A stretch of 64,000 nt of DNA. Origin: Lytechinus pictus (Eukaryota). Location of the stretch: positions 24,738,001-24,802,000 of the forward strand of contig NC_087260.1 in the NCBI RefSeq assembly GCF_037042905.1. The letters are read 5' to 3'. Under the pieces are notes generated by a model that saw only the letters and a list, made by a program, of their open reading frames with translations, had not been told where the DNA came from and made no database searches. Shown here in pieces: positions 25,201 through 40,200 of this stretch (position 1 is the stretch's first letter; every line of letters starts with the position of its first letter). The position numbers and the translations under genes are program-made.

Positions 25201-28200
25201 AGCCCTCTATGGATAAAACATTTTGGGGATGATGTCATCAACCCCCTTCTTTTGTTCATGGTTGATATTATATGTTTAAAGTGGTACTTGTACTGGAATT
25301 TGTGTTCGTAATTTAAACTTCAAACTTACATTTATTTAATTTTAGGGAGGGGGCTACTCACCGGTTCTGTGTAAAATGACTTTAAGCGCGAGATTTCCCG
25401 GGCAAAACTGATTTAATCTGAAGACTCGGGATATGAGAATTTCAAGGGCTGAAAACTTGTCTTCACCAATGTTTAAAGCATAAATAATATAAACTTAAAC
25501 TTACTTTGCATTTTCTTTTTACATGTCTTTATTATCATAAGCATTTCAATGGTAGCTGATTATTCACAGCTGTGTAGGTCTACAGGCCAGAACGGACAAC
25601 AGAGAAACATTGTCAGCGCGAACGTCCAAAACTTGAACAGAAGGCCATGTCAGATCTCTCATACTGTCAAATGTTGGTCAAAAATTTAAATAACGCGTTG
25701 TTGCATTATTAGTCACCCCGTGACATTACCGGTTGTAACAGGGGATTGCTAATGCAGAGCGTTAACATGGTAAAAAAAAAATTGTGCGATCGGAATAGAG
25801 AAATGACACAAGGTAAATCCATGTATATCTTTTAACGCAGAGAAAAGGACACCGGGGTTGAGGATGTCATCCAGAAGGATATGAACACAGATAAGTACTA
25901 CCATCTAGGAATAGCACTTGGTCTGTCCTACGAAACACTTGACAGCATCCAAGCAAGAATCAGAGGACAAAAAGTAGAAGCTGGAGTTTATACTTCAAAA
26001 AAACGAGCTGCTATTATCATGATCCGCTACTGGAAACACTTACAGCATCCTGACTCCCAAGCAGATCATCATCTGAGAGAGGTGTGGACATCTGTGACCA
26101 ATACAAGAAAGTCAATCCCTCCTGTTGAGCAGGCTCGTAGCTTAGGTAGGCCTATGTCATGGATGTGCATTTATTGTATGGACGCTGTATCGCTTTATGG
26201 CTTAAAGCCGATTCTTGAACAGTTAAAAGGTTATAAAGACACACATAGATAAAAAAAAAAACAATATGATAATATAAGTGATTCGCTGAACTTAGGGCAG
26301 GCAAGGGCCTTTTAATCGACGAGAAAAAAAAAAATTAAGAGAAAATATACTGCCCAAATATAATTTTATATAATATAATATTTTATGTTTGTATATTGTG
26401 AACATTTCAATTTGTTTTGTGATCACTCAAGGGGATAATTGACTTCCTGATGGGGCTAGTGTCCTCATTGCTGGAGCTCCTGTGAGTAATAAGCTGACCC
26501 AGATTTTCATTAAATGGATGGTGAACGGAGGGGCAGGTGGGAGAGCACCGGGGCCCATTAGATGTAGGCCTATATATTAATTCCGATAAGTGATGCAAAG
26601 TTTATATACTGGCAGAAGATTTGCAGCTTTTCCACAATGTAACTATAGCTTTTTGGTTATTATTATTATTTTTTTTTAGATCTGTTTATATTCTAGCTTG
26701 TTTATACAGAATAACAGTTTTGGAGCTACTGTCATGAGCGTATCTGGACGGTTTGTACGCTTTACAAATCTACATCATTATATTCCCTTTAATAGTGGGG
26801 GGAAAGCGAGGGCTAACATCACTTGTTACTCTACAACTATAGAGCTCTTTCGTGATCATCATCAATAGATAATTGATTTTTGATGGAGCAGACCCTTCTT
26901 ACTGTTCTTGGCTGAATTCCCCCTATTTGTCGTCGGGTGCCTGTTATTTTCTGCGTCTCAGTGTGTACACTGCCTATTGCTAGGCTTCAGAAGATGTTGA
27001 AATTAATTATAGACACGATATCAATATTTTATCTTTTCTGTAAAGACGAGAATGTTGGTTCTACTGTGGAAGAAAACTTTGGAGACAAGCTATCTTACGC
27101 ACGATCGATACCTGTTCCGAAAGAAAGCTTCTATGAGATAGAGGTGAGTTATATTAATAATGGTTGTTAAAAACGGATTATTTTGAGCCAAAGATTTAAA
27201 GTATAAATCTCTACACTATAAAGCGAAAAGGGGTTATTAATCGTCAAGGTTGATGACCATTCTCTCTGATTTCCTGTTGTTGGTGTCCGGATAATTGTAT
27301 GATGACATCATAGCTACCTCAACACTAGCCATGAACAATCTAGCAGTATATTACTTTCACAGCTAGAGGAAAACAAAAATAAAGGCCCGGCTACATTATT
27401 ACATTTGACCAACCAAGGAGACCATGTGGATAGCCAATTGGAAAGAAGACAAAGTGAGTGTATAGTTAAAGTGTTAGTTTTCCTTTATTTATCTGAGGAA
27501 AATACACTTACACCACCGACACGTGTGCATCTTAGACCACACCATTCGTAGAAGAACAAATAAACACCACCGGCACGCATATCACACCTCTCCGTGGAAG
27601 ACCACATACACATCGCTCACATAAATTACACATCTTAGATCAAACCACTCGTAGAAGAACGCACACACACTACCACACATAGACATCCGAGACATATTCG
27701 ACCGTAGGACCCATACACACCGCCCACCAGTGGCGTACCGTGGGTCACAGCATGGGGGGGGGGGGGGGGAGAAATTTAGTTCACTTTGTGGGTGCGCGAA
27801 GCGGGCTCAATAGCCAGGAATACTGATCTAATAGAGACATTTTAAGGACTGACATTAAAAGGATATGTATCTGACTCTAGCGCGAAGCACGAGCTGATTT
27901 TTTTTTCGATATTAGGACCTAAAGAAAATGGAGATTATAAGCAAATTTCTGTAATCATGGAATACCTGTCTCACCAAATAAACAATGCGAGCTGAAATTT
28001 TTGTATATATTGACTCCAAAGGGGCGTTTGTGGATTTTTTTGGAATTCTTGAGAAGTATAGGCCTATATATCTCACCAGAGTCATCCAAGCGGGAGCTGA
28101 TTTTTTTTTCTAGAATTACACCTAAACACATGAAGCAATATTGTAGTAATTGTAATCATGAACATGATACCTATTTCACTAATTTTATATTCCGAGCGCG

Positions 28201-31200
28201 AAGCGCGAGCTGAAAAGTTTTGATATTCAGACCTGAAGAAGGGCATTCTAAGGCTAGTTTGTAGGAATGCATTAATAATAATAATAATATTCCGCATTTA
28301 TATAGCGCTTAACACATCAGAACGACGTCTCTAAGCGCTTTACAGATATATTATTACCCCGGTCATCGGATCCTTGCTTGCCCGCATACAATGTATGCAC
28401 TATCTCCATTCCCTGGAGAGCATTCCAACAAGAGTTCCAAGACTCAATTGCTAGGCATACTACATAGGCTTTCGCATCCTACTGGGTACCCATTTAACAC
28501 CTGGGTGGAGAGTGGCAAATTGTGGATTGACGCCTTGCCAAAGGACGCTAGGCCATGGTGGGATTCGAACACACGACCCTCTGATTACAAGGCGAGAGTC
28601 AGAACCGCTACACCACGGCGCTTCCACTATTAATACCATGATGGAGGCTTATTTCACTAACCAAATATATTCAGGCCAGAAAAACAGATCAGAACAGATA
28701 TCAGCTACAGATATCAGATCACTCGTAGAAAAATGCACACACACCGCTCACACGTTCACATCTTCATTATATCAGATCACTCGTAAAAAAATGCACACAC
28801 CAACAATATGTAGTGCGATATGTCTAAGATATGATATGACCTATAAACACCATCTTTTTTTTTTTTAGACATACACACCCCAAGGCCTCCCACACAACAA
28901 ACGCAATGGCATATTGAATCTCTCTAACATTTTGAAGGGGACAACGTGGCATATATGGGGTGGACATTTCTGGAAATGGAAAGTCGTGAGCGAGCGATGC
29001 GAGCAAGCAAATCTTTTGCTCTAAACTTGAATATGCAATTATGCGTTAGATCTTGGATCTTGACAATATAAACAATGATTTATTTAACCTTTTCTTTCCC
29101 TTTCTCTCATTTACTCCTTTAAACTCAGCTACACCGATCATCGACAGGCACACACACATCGACCTCGAACATGCAGTCCCACGCTTATACACGAACAATA
29201 ACAGATATGTACATATTGGATAAAGTTTTTACCACCACGAGGGTAACTACGTGTCCAACCAATTTTTGGCAGTATTTTACCCAATTACCGTCCTGTAAAG
29301 TTAAAAAAATAAGCAGCAATTACTTTTAAAAGGGGCAAAATTTTCATCACACTGGATAAATAAAAATGTCCAATGTTGGTTTGACACATAATTACCCTCA
29401 TGGAGCACGGTTTTTAGAGTGTATCTGGAACATCCACACACGGATACGCATACTCGCACCCTCACCAGAATAGACACCCACTCGCACACTCACCAACTTT
29501 CTCTTTCCCTCTCTCATTACGTTAACTAGTAAATTATATTGACTAATTTGTGTGTTCACTTTTTGTATGGCTGAGACTGATTTTGTATTTTTAATTTCAA
29601 AAGTACTGATTTATTGCTATTATAATTTAAGATATCAAACATACAATGACAAATTTTTATGACATCTTCCTTTTTTCAAGATCCCTGCCAACCCGAGCAT
29701 ACTTGAAACGAGAGGTCCTTGGGAGGGAAGATTTCAGTCTCGGCGAAGTAGAACTCCAAGTATCAGAAGCGATTCTTTGAGCAGGTAGCGAGGAATACAC
29801 ATTTGTTTTTGTTTTTACTTTCTAAGCAAATATTTGTAAACAGATAACACTGATGAGTAAATGATTTAATGTATTAAAATAAGTTCGTACAAAAATCTGA
29901 AAATATATTGTAAATTATGAGAAACAGTGTCGTTGAGAAGGAAATCTCTTACGATTTACAGCAGCAAAGATTTGATTTTTTTTAATCCTTCTCATTTAGT
30001 ATCAGCAAGTTGCAAGAGGACCAGGAAATAGGATTTCCAAGAACTCGTAAGTTGTTTTGTCTATACTGTAGTCATATTATCACTTGTGAAATAATCAAAA
30101 GTGTATTACCCATCTAAAAAGTAAATCTTTGATATTTTACTTCCCAAAAATAGGGGGTGAACAATTATCTTCAAGATCAATTCTAAGGTGAAAAAAAGAG
30201 CAGGTCTGATAGAATGACTCTACCTCGGATATTCTTCGTTTGTTTAAGAGTGATTTTTAGAACCACGAACCAATGTCATTTTACTGATTTTGTATACCTA
30301 CCTTTATTTCAGCTGATGCTTATTCCAGTAAACGCGGCATGATATCATACCCGAGTCTTATACGTCTACGTGCCAGGAGGCCAAGGTATTCCTTGTTCTG
30401 AACCAAGATGTTTGATTACATTTTGTTTGCTTTCTTTTATAAGTGCTGTATGCGTTCTTTAATCATGCTAATGTGACGTATTGCATATTATCGTGACTGT
30501 GTTGGTTTAATCTATTTTTGAATTAGGATATTACCGTATTATATACGATGACATAATGAGGATAAAGACGTGATTAACAGATTGAGAATAAATTTATTTG
30601 AAAAATAATTATAGACCTTTACGAGTGATTTTGATTTATCTTTGGGATTATAGTTGAAATCGCGAGAGCCTCTCAGAAAAAAATGTTCAACATAATAACA
30701 CATTTATCAATGCCACATGAGAGCACCTCTTACTGGTATGCTTACCTTTGTAGTCTGCAGCCGGCAGATTCCCACATATAAAGCTCCTCTCCGTCCAGAA
30801 TGGTGTGGAATTGGTCCCATTTAGCGCTTCTACCAATGTGTGTGTGGGGTGCATGTGCGAGCACATGCGGGTGTGCGTGCTCGTGTGTACCTGTGTGTCA
30901 TGTTGGTCGCACATTTCAAAGGGTTAAAAGTTGAAACTTTTGTAATGTAGGGTTACAGTTACTTATTAATTTTGTATCTTTTTCAGAGTTCCGAGTGTTC
31001 GGAGATACCATGAACGTGATGACGGAGAAGGTAGATACCGTTTTATATTTCACGCTCAGCAGTAGAAACTCTGCCTACTATACGAGGGTGAACATGTCGA
31101 AAAACTTGTAGCAAGCATTCATGTTATGCATTTTCGAAACAATCTTTATTGTATTGTTTTTTTTTCCTTTAGCATAAGTGATTATCATTTCATTTTCCTA

Positions 31201-34200
31201 GCTGACAAGATAATCTAAGGAATGAAATGACAAATGGTTGACTTTGAATCATATACGCAATTCATTCGTATACCTAATACAAGTAAGATTATTTAAGAAT
31301 GATTAATGAATCACAAAAAGAAAAGTATGGAATCATACAACTCTAAGAACACACCTTAAAAGTTCTATCCTTGATCAAACAGTAGGCCTACATTGGCATT
31401 TAATCGTTATCAATATATGATAATATCAAGCAGGAGGATACTCCAAGCAAGACATAGTTGAATGGATGGAATCTGGGGAAGTAAAACCAGCGGATTCAGA
31501 ACCTGACCGGTCAGCCGCAACGCCTTTAGATGACCAGAAAGGGGGAACAGAACCTGTTCATCGTATCTCGTCAATGAGCGGTCATCATGATGAAGTCCCA
31601 GTTCAAGGCTTTGATATTCAGATGAATGTCACTGATGATATCGGCATTATTCGGCTTGAGGAATATGGTATTGAAGTTCACGTTCCATCGGGTGAAGCTT
31701 ACAGCGCAAAAGACATTGCTGTGGATGTTATCGATGAGGTTCCACCTGATTTGCTCACAGTACTGAAGGAAACTGGAGCTATCATAACCGTTGGTTTGAA
31801 GATGTCGCCTTCTGATGCATCATTTGAGAGACCAGTTAAAGTGACAATGCCACACTGTGGTGTGTTCCAAAAAACAGAATCTGCCCAAATCGTCACCTAT
31901 TATCGCAAGAATGGTAAGGTCTGAACAAATTTTCATTTTTTTTCACTTTCAAATTTCAAAGCAAAGTCATTACTGTTTCATGTCAAATGACATACTGAAT
32001 ATACTGTATGTCTACCTACAAAACCTGATGGTTCTTATTAATATCCCATCATGATTTATGTTGTGTTGTATCTGATTTATGTTTCTTTGTATTATCTTTA
32101 AATGGAAATCAAACAAAGAATCAAATTTTATTGAACTGAATTGCAATTTTGGATTTTTTTTAGGGGGTTTATATAGATATAAATATAATCAATCAGTAGG
32201 CAAATCATAATAGAGAGACTAAAATATGTGAAATGAAATGTCAGTTTACATTTCAATCTTTATCAAGCTTTAACATGCATTGTCATGATTACTTTAGTTA
32301 GTGATGAGAGTTGTTATTCACTCAATATCAGGGCCCTGGCCCCGAGAACGATTTTTGTCTCGCCTGCGACTAGAGATGATATGATATTTGATGTGGAGTG
32401 CCACATAGTTCGATTTTGCGACCACTTCTGTTTTTAATTTATATCAAAGATATAGTAAATTCTTCCCCAATTCCTTCTTTTATTGTACATGCTAATGACA
32501 AACCTCAGGCTTTGTAAATTCTTTCGTTCCGGTTTCAGTTCGTGCATTTAATAGCCATACTTGAAATTATGTTACCCCCTGCCTATATCTTACTTTCTCT
32601 TATCTTTGCTTGTTGATTTGTATAATGTTTAATATATGTATCGTGTAATCTTCTGTGTGTATCATGTAATTTTCTAAATTATTTTGTGCGAACAGATTGA
32701 ATTTCCATTTGTACTCGATTGCAATTGGACAATAAAAATATCTGAATCTGAATCTGACACCAACATTTTACTATCCCACAGAAAGGTAGATGAATTAATA
32801 GATAGAATGAATTTGGAATTGAAAAATGTTTCGTCGTGGTTTAAATGTAAGAAGTTATCTGTACACATAAGTAAACTCATTTTGTTTATTTTTTTACTTC
32901 TCATAGGAATGACAAATTTCCCCCAAGACATTTCGAATACTGATGAGCCCATGATAACAAATATGTATACGTATAAGATATATGATATGAATACTATACA
33001 AATAGCTATTTTTATGTATAAATATCTTTACAAACTGCTTCCTCTTATATTCACCGATTTATTTTCGTATTTAACACAAACCTGTCGAAATATTTACTTA
33101 GAAAATCCCAGAACACGATTAAGTTTTTGAAATGACATCATAACTTAGAAAGTATATAGGTGTAGTTCATGAAACCTATAAAAAAAGGTGATCAAGTAAT
33201 ACTGGAGATTCTGCCTGAGTTTCAGATCACATGACCAAGGTCAAAGGTCATTCAGGGTCAATGAACGTAGACTATGTTTGGGGGATAAATATCGAAATCA
33301 TAACCAAACGATTAAGTTTTTGAAATTTCATCATAACTTATAGAGTATGTAAACCTAGTGCATGAAACTTGGACATAAATATGATGAAGCATGATTAAAC
33401 ATCCTGCTTGCGTTTCAGGTCACATGAACAAGGTCAAAGGTCATTTAGGGTCAATAAACTTTGGCCATGTCGGTGGTGTTTTTTGAATTATCATTGTAAC
33501 TTTGAAACTTTATGGAGCTAGTTCACAGACGTCTCTGAAATTCGATAAAGTGTCATTCCAGTGGGCATATAAGGGCTTCTATTTTCACAGTAAGTATATT
33601 GATTCGTAAATTTGCTTCATATTTTTTTCTCATTTATTGACTTTGATTTTATCATCGTATTTCGACGAATAGTTTCAGACAGTTTTACGGCAATCCCTTC
33701 AACCAAAAGAAGCCTGCAATGCATTGTTAGACAACGAGACCTAGATATCTACCTAAACCATTTTTCGGAATTCTGGATTGTAGCCCTCTTCACATGGGTA
33801 TTCATTGGAAAACGAGTTATTTGCACTCCTTATATTCCGGTGTCAACTCCAAAGAATGCAAAGCATGTCTTGCGTCTGCATGTACGAGACGAAAACTTCC
33901 CAGAAAGAAAGGTAGGCCTCTTCTATTTTCCTTTTCCTATTGCATTCATCATAACTGTTTTCCAACATGCAGTGTGCTTTTTCCATTAAAACTATAGTTC
34001 AATCGCACTTTTTGCTTATCAAATAGCTAGCACTGTACTTTCCCCTTTTTTGTCTCGCGTGAACAAAGTTTGGCAGAGACCAGTGATCCGCATTTTCCTG
34101 TTGGTCTCTAAGTCCGTTGGTCTGCAACAAAACTATTTTTTGTCCAACTTGCTCTCATTTCTTCATTTCTACATCAGTTATGTTCATACTTGGTACGTGT

Positions 34201-37200
34201 TCATTGGGTAGTACCACATGAAAGCTCGAGAGAATGATGGGGTCAAAGGTCATCTAGCTAGGAGTCAAAAGCTAGAAAGATATGGGATCATGTTCATCCT
34301 TTTTCGATGTTTTTATTCAACTTTCTCTAATTTCTCTATTTCTCTACATCGATTTTGATCACATTTGCTTCAATTAGGATCCTTGGATAACACAGCAAGG
34401 GTTCATTTAAGGATGATGGGATCAAAGGTCATATAGGGGTAAAAAAGTAACGCTTTTGTGTCTTCAACTTGCTCTCATTTCTTTATTTCTGCATCAATAA
34501 TGTTCATACTTGGTACATAATTATGATTGGTCCCACGTGAGTCAATGAGGATTATGAAGACAATTGTCATTTATGGGTAAAAATTTCAAATGATATGAGG
34601 TCATGTACTTCCATGTTTGAAGTTTTTATGCTACTTGTTCTCATTTCATTTTTCTGCATCAATCTTAAATACACGTAGTCCGAATGATCACAGGGTAATA
34701 TTGCGTGTGTATTGTTAAGGATGAAGCTGTCAAAGATCATCTAGTTGTCAAAAGGTTATAATTTTTTGTTCACCTTATTGCTCTCATTTTTATTTTTCTG
34801 CATCAATTTTGTTCACACTTAGTACAAATCATCATTGAGTAATGTGTAGTTGAGGATGATGGGGTCAAAGATCATCTAGGGGCAAAAGGTCAAGTTTTTG
34901 TTCAAACCTCTCTCATTTCTTTATTTCTGCATCAATCATACCCATATATGGTACATATGATCCTTGGGTAATACCACATGTGTGTTTATAAAGAAAGGAA
35001 AGCACGCAGTGTGTATTTACATAAAATGGGTTAAAATTTAACTACAGAAAACAGGAAGTCCTGCTGGAAATTCATAAAGAGCTTAAGACAGTGTTCCTAC
35101 TGGAGTAGTCTCTCTGAACACTTCAAGAAGTATTGCCGTTACTCCGCAGGACAAGGCAAATGTCCTCAACTGCCAGTTCGAGTCTGTATTCACTCAAGAG
35201 GACTGTCACATCCTACCTACACATATAACTTCTTGTCCATCCGCATGTATAAAAAATTGTGATAACAAGCCAGGGAATTGTAAAACTCTTGAAAGAACTA
35301 AAACCACAAAAGGCACCAGGCCCAGATGGAATCCTACCATCAGTTCTAAAGGAATGTGCATTGCTCCAATTTTACAACAGTTCTACCAAAAGTCAATAGA
35401 TACTTGAGAACTTCCCGAGGACTGGTAAAGGGCAAAGATCTCTCTCATATTAAAAAAGGGGGATCGCTACGAAGCAAGCAATTATATAATTGTGGAGTTG
35501 CCGTGGTCGAGTGGTCTAAGGCGCCTGGCTATACATAGAAAGTCCGGGGTTCAATTACTTGGCTGTCGAGATAAATAGCAATTTATCCTGGTCGGACCAT
35601 GTCAATACTACCATATTCAAAGCGAACAGGATTTAAGGCCTTCTTTGAAGAAACTTGTATAGCTGCCCCCGAAATGTAAAAAGAAATAGCCTATAAAGTG
35701 TTAGTACGTCCAAAGTTGGAGTACTGTGCTTCTGTGTGGGACCCATACACGAAATACCAGATCAATAGACTAGAAGCAGTTCAACGAAGAGCAGCTAGAT
35801 TCGTCTGTAAAGAACACAGGAGAACCAGTAGTGTTTCCCAGATGCTGAAGACATTTGAATGGAAATCTCTTGAAGATGGAAGAGGTATCTCAATACATAC
35901 ACTTTCATATAAATCTGTAGATCACACTCCTTCAATCAGCGAAGGTCGATACCTAGCAACTCCCTCTCAAAATTGTGTCAGGACACGGAAATCATCGTCA
36001 ATCTCTTTCTCCCGACCAACAACAACAACAAAAAAGACTGCTTCCAGTACCCCGGTACTCTTTCCTTCTATATGACAGAAATTAATCTGCTACCAGTAGA
36101 CATACGTGAAGCGTTATCGGTCGATGGTTTTAAGACAATGCTTAACAAAATTCAAATGTCTCCTTTCATCCGGGGGGGGGGGGGGGGCACATCATTAATT
36201 CAAATTCATCACTAGCCACACACGCCTGCAGCAATTATACCCAATTGAGGAGTTTGCTTGTAGTAACAGGAAGAAGACGAAGACAGATGATGGGGTCAAA
36301 AGATCATATTGCATATTTCGATGATGGCGAAATCAGGGAATACTCGCGAACCACCTTGCTTATAATATTACTTGCATCATCACTACAAAAATTTAACGTT
36401 CGTGTAAATGTCTACTATCCACACTACCTGTTAAAGTCACAAATTAGTGTAGGCCGATTTGATAGATACTTTAATAATAAATTTATTTGGTTTCAAATTC
36501 AAATTTATTTTTTTTCACTTCCATCAAACAAAAACAAATTGTATACCATTATATAAACATAAATATTTGTATCCGTTGCAAAAAAAATTAATAATACATA
36601 TGTTGTGAAAAAAACACTTAGACAAATTGGGAAACACATTGTAGGTTTTAAATATGTATACTATTTTACAATAGAAATTAAATTAAGATGGAAATGGAGG
36701 GACCCACTAAAAAGCAATGCTTGTAAAATGTGGGCCCCTCAAAAAATAGATAACACAACAAATAACAAAATAACAAAGTATAAATACAGATAATCAAATG
36801 AGAAAAAAAATGAGAGGGAAATACTCACAAAATAAATACGAAGTTATCAAAAATATATTTATTTATTTATTCATTTATTTCACATATTTAAAAAAGGTGG
36901 CCCAATCAGTACAAACACTCGTTTTCGTTGGGGCCCTTTAATTACAAAGTAGATATAATGTACATAATATATACAGATACATGTATAACAAATTCATAGA
37001 TACAAACTTATGTATACATACAATAGACCAGCCATTCTCAATTACTTTTTTTGAAGCGCCACATTTCTTGTTGAGAATCTGTAATGCTCCACTATCCATT
37101 ACGCAAACCAGCAATGTATCAGCAGAGGGGTCCAAAGGCCCCTGGTGGGGTCGAGGGGGCAGAGCCCCCATAAGTTTTTTAATATAATGCCTTTTAAATT

Positions 37201-40200
37201 GCCCAGAGGGGCTCTAATTAATATCAACAGAAGAAATACAAATGCCAACAAACTATATTACACAATATTAATATTAAAATAAAAATGACCAGTGACTTTT
37301 TCACAACATACCAATGATACCACTAGTTCAGACTGTTCTGCACCAGATCTATTGGCTTAAGCAAGTGGCGTAATGAGTAAAAAAAAATGAGGGGGCTAGA
37401 TATGGCAGCTGAAGCAAAAATATTGAACTTTTCAATACAAAAACCTATATTTTGACATAATATTAAGAAAATAATATTCCACTCTTTCCCTTTCCTTTTT
37501 TCTTTCCTTTTTTTTTTTTTTTTTCTTGGCCGTGAACCACTTGGGGGCCCCCAATTCCCACCCCCATCTGTACGCCAGTGGCTGAATAAGTTACGTTCCC
37601 AGATTTTGCAAGGGCTGAGATTTAGGCGTTTCATTGCACTAACGCCCCAAACTGCCCCTCTTTCTCTACAACTCACGTGCAGTATCATTCATTCAATTCG
37701 TATTAAGCAAGAGTGCATGCAGGCAATCACGGCAGGCAATACATCTGAGCATAATGTATTTCACTTTTACAACTTCGGATTTTAATCGGCTCCGGAATCA
37801 AAGCTTGTTATGTCCCATATTCATAATCTTTTATGATCAGGATGTTCTTTGAATATCATACTATTTGATGTTTAACTCTTAACCAAAACGTATGCTCTGG
37901 AAATGCAAAATTTCTCGCCGTTGAAATAGAAATCCTACAAACGGAGTTTTCAGATCACTTGTGTGGGACATAAACTTTGTACAGCATAGAATAAATAAAA
38001 AAGGAGAACACCATCGATCCTCCATAACAGGGGTTATCGAGTGCTAAATTGGACAAAATCTGAGGAAATCAATTAGCAATTAAGTGTCAAGTAAAGAGTT
38101 TTTGTTTTCTCTTTGTATTAAAATGATCACCTAATCCTTATTTCCAGGTTACTAATAGATACATTTTTTTCTCCCCAATTTTTCCTTATTTTTACTTTAT
38201 TTTATACCGGCTCCCGAGCGCCACTCCGCAAGGCTCGGTGCGCCACAAGTGGCGCGCGCGCCACCATTTGAGAATCCCTGCAATAGACTAATTTAAAATG
38301 TTACACGTTTACAGAATAAGGTACAAATTATACTATATATATATATATAGTTTGATAAAGGACAAAACAACCCGTCCTAAAATATATCCACCCTTCCCAA
38401 CCCCCCCCCCCAGAATAGAGAAGAAAAGGGGGAGAATGCCCTGAGAAGATGGATGGGTGCTGCTGTACGTAGATAGAACACATGCCGTCGTGGACTCAAG
38501 CAAACTGGATTCAATGATTCATATACCGAACAAAAGTACGAATATGAATAGGAGCAAAAATTGTGGAGATTAAATTGGTGCGTCAATGATATTTTCTTAA
38601 TATTGATACTGACCAGACTCTTGACAAACATGTGCACATTGAATGCTAGGTCAGTAAGAAATAAGGCTACCGATATCGTTGAATTTATAACTGATAATAA
38701 TTTTGACATTGTTGAACTGACTGAGACCTTGTTGAAGGATTATGGTGATGTTATTACAGGAAACTGTACACCTGAAGGATACACCTTCTATCATACGAGT
38801 CGACAAGGAAAAGGTGGAGGTGGTGTGGGACTGGTGTACAAATCTGCACTGTCAGTCAAGTCAGAAGCTGTACCACATTTCAAGTCTTTTGAAGTTTATC
38901 GAGCTCGTGTGTCATGCCAGTTGCGTTCCCTTGTTCTCCTTGTCATCTATCGTCCAGAAGTAGTGGAAGAGCAAGGACAACGAATACCTTACAGTCTATT
39001 CCTTGAGGAATTTGCGGCCCTACTTGACTCACTTGTTCTTGAGTCATCTGAGGTTATCCTGACAGGAGACTTCAATATATGGGTCGATGTTTGGAACGAT
39101 GTACGGGCTAAGCAGTTTATAAACATACTTTCTTCATATGGAATGAAGCAGCTTGTACAAGAAGCGACTCATTTTCATGGCCATACACTGGACTTGCTTA
39201 TTACCCGGGAGTCATCCACCATATTTTCCCATGTATATGTTATCCTGGGACTGTCTGACCATCATGCTGTCCACTGTAAGCTTGATTTAAAGAAACCGTC
39301 TCCTTCTCGTAGGACTGTTATAACTCGCCCTCTACGATCGATGAACAGAGAAAAATTCCGATCTGGAGTCCATGAATATCTGTCGCAGATTGATATTGAG
39401 AATAACAACCTCTCTTTGTCTATCGACAGTTATAATCTTTCTCTAAACAGTCTTCTTGACAAGCTAGCACCTAAAAAGACTAGGAGTGTTATCATCAAAC
39501 CCTCAAGTCCATGGATGACTGAGGAAATTCATGCAGCTTAGTGTCGTAGGAGACACCGAGAGCGTAAGTGGAGAAACACAAGAAGTGAAGAGGACCGCAA
39601 ATTTTATAAGAAACAACGGCAGGGTGTTTCTCAGGAAATTGGGCAGGCAAAAACAAAATACTACTCAGAGTGTGTTGAAGAATGTGAAGGCAATCAAAGA
39701 CGTCTTTTCACTGTAGTAGATACTTTGGTTCATCGTGAGAATGAGTCCGTTCTTCCAGTTTCCTCTTCTGACCAGATACTGGCTGAGGATTTTTGCCAGT
39801 TTTTCTTTAACAAGGTCACCAAGATACGTGATGACATTGACGCTGAGTTGCAGTTAGAACAACGTGTGCAGCAATATGAATCATTGCCTGTTCCATTGAT
39901 GACTGACTTTCCTCCGGCTTCTGTAAGTGAGATCAGGAGGGTTGTTGTGGATTCTCCAGCATCGTCATGTGAGCTAGATCCAGTTCCTGCTACAGCATCT
40001 ATATAACAGGCTCTCGTTAAGCCTCTCCTGAAGAAAGCAAATCTTGACAGGCAAGAATTTTCAAGTTATCGACCTGTGGCAAATCTAAGCTTCTTATCCA
40101 AGGTTATTGAACGTATTTTTGCAATACGTATTAGGTCCTTCCTTACTGAAAATGACCTTCAGAACAACTTCCAATCAGCTTACCGAGAGAAACACAGTGT

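Noticed and set aside
37363-37580. Possible hAT MITE (CAAGTGGCGTA...TACGCCAGTG)
   Set aside because: Likely a MITE, but TIRs are imperfect and no TSD was found, so it is not listed.
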